From: Paraphysomonas bandaiensis
Lineage: Eukaryota > Protista > Chrysophyceae
NCBI GenBank assembly: GCA_965644295.1
Contig: CBFFRP010000484.1
Coordinates: forward strand, 1 to 31,061
DNA: 31,061 nt
Direction of reading: 5' to 3'
Positions 30,685 to 31,061 of this stretch are shown here, piece after piece. Position numbers and translations under genes: made by a program. A model generated the notes under the pieces. It was not told the DNA's origin, searched no databases, and was given only the letters and a program-made list of their open reading frames with translations. Every line of letters starts with the position of its first letter. Within the stretch, counting starts at the first letter, position 1.

Positions 30685-30804
30685 CTGGCATTTTGGCATT
30701 GGCTTTTTATAACATAAACTATATAATAAATTTTATTTTATAACTTTTTCTAATTTTCATAAAAGCCAAAATGCCAGAAAGCCAAAATGCCAGAAAGCCA
30801 AAAT
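30685..30804. repeat. Inverted plus tandem 16-bp repeat around an AT-rich spacer
   Basis: CTGGCATTTTGGC at 30685 faces AAAGCCAAAATGCCAG x2.7 at ~30762-30804. Confidence 0.85.
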
Positions 30805-31061
30805 CATATTTCAATTTTATTATAAGATAATTATTTAATATTATATAAAGTAATTAATTTTTATTTAAAGTATAGTATTATTAATATTATTATATAAGCT
30901 ATTATTATTATATTTAAAGATAGAGTGGAAAGGAAGAAAGATAGAGTGAAAAGGAAGAGTAATAAAACGAAGTTTTATTACGATACGGAGAGCCTTTCCG
31001 GCTCAGGAGGAATGCCTAAGCGGCTTAGAGCGCTCCCTCGGCCCTCCGCCTCGCTGTGTGT

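Noticed and set aside
30398-30743. His-rich and Thr-rich ORFs
   Set aside because: Translations of the CAC/CAT repeat.

Overview
Eukaryotic (probably protist) genomic DNA. Most of the window (~3230 to at least 30331) is an AT-rich endogenous Polinton-like/MELD-type or virophage-like dsDNA virus. It encodes an rve integrase, A32-type packaging ATPase, adenain-type protease, major and minor capsid proteins, a GHSLG lipase, two paralogous fibre-like proteins, a discoidin-like protein and small Zn-binding proteins. No DNA polymerase or helicase is visible. The provirus is interrupted at four places. (1) The integrase is truncated at ~3230, next to tandem decayed LINE copies. (2) A young, intact Ty1/copia element (7829-14353) has identical LTRs that end AC...CG instead of TG...CA. 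(3) A TA-flanked TIR element (21630-24066) splits a 452-aa gene. (4) A second TIR element (26628-29128) splits a fibre gene. Removing either TIR element restores an open frame. The most unusual signals are a provirus gene that needs two 47-nt GT-AG introns, the non-canonical copia ends paired with an altered integrase loop, and predicted adenain cleavage sites in the lipase and a pVI-like protein. All family calls come from motifs read by eye; no database search was run.
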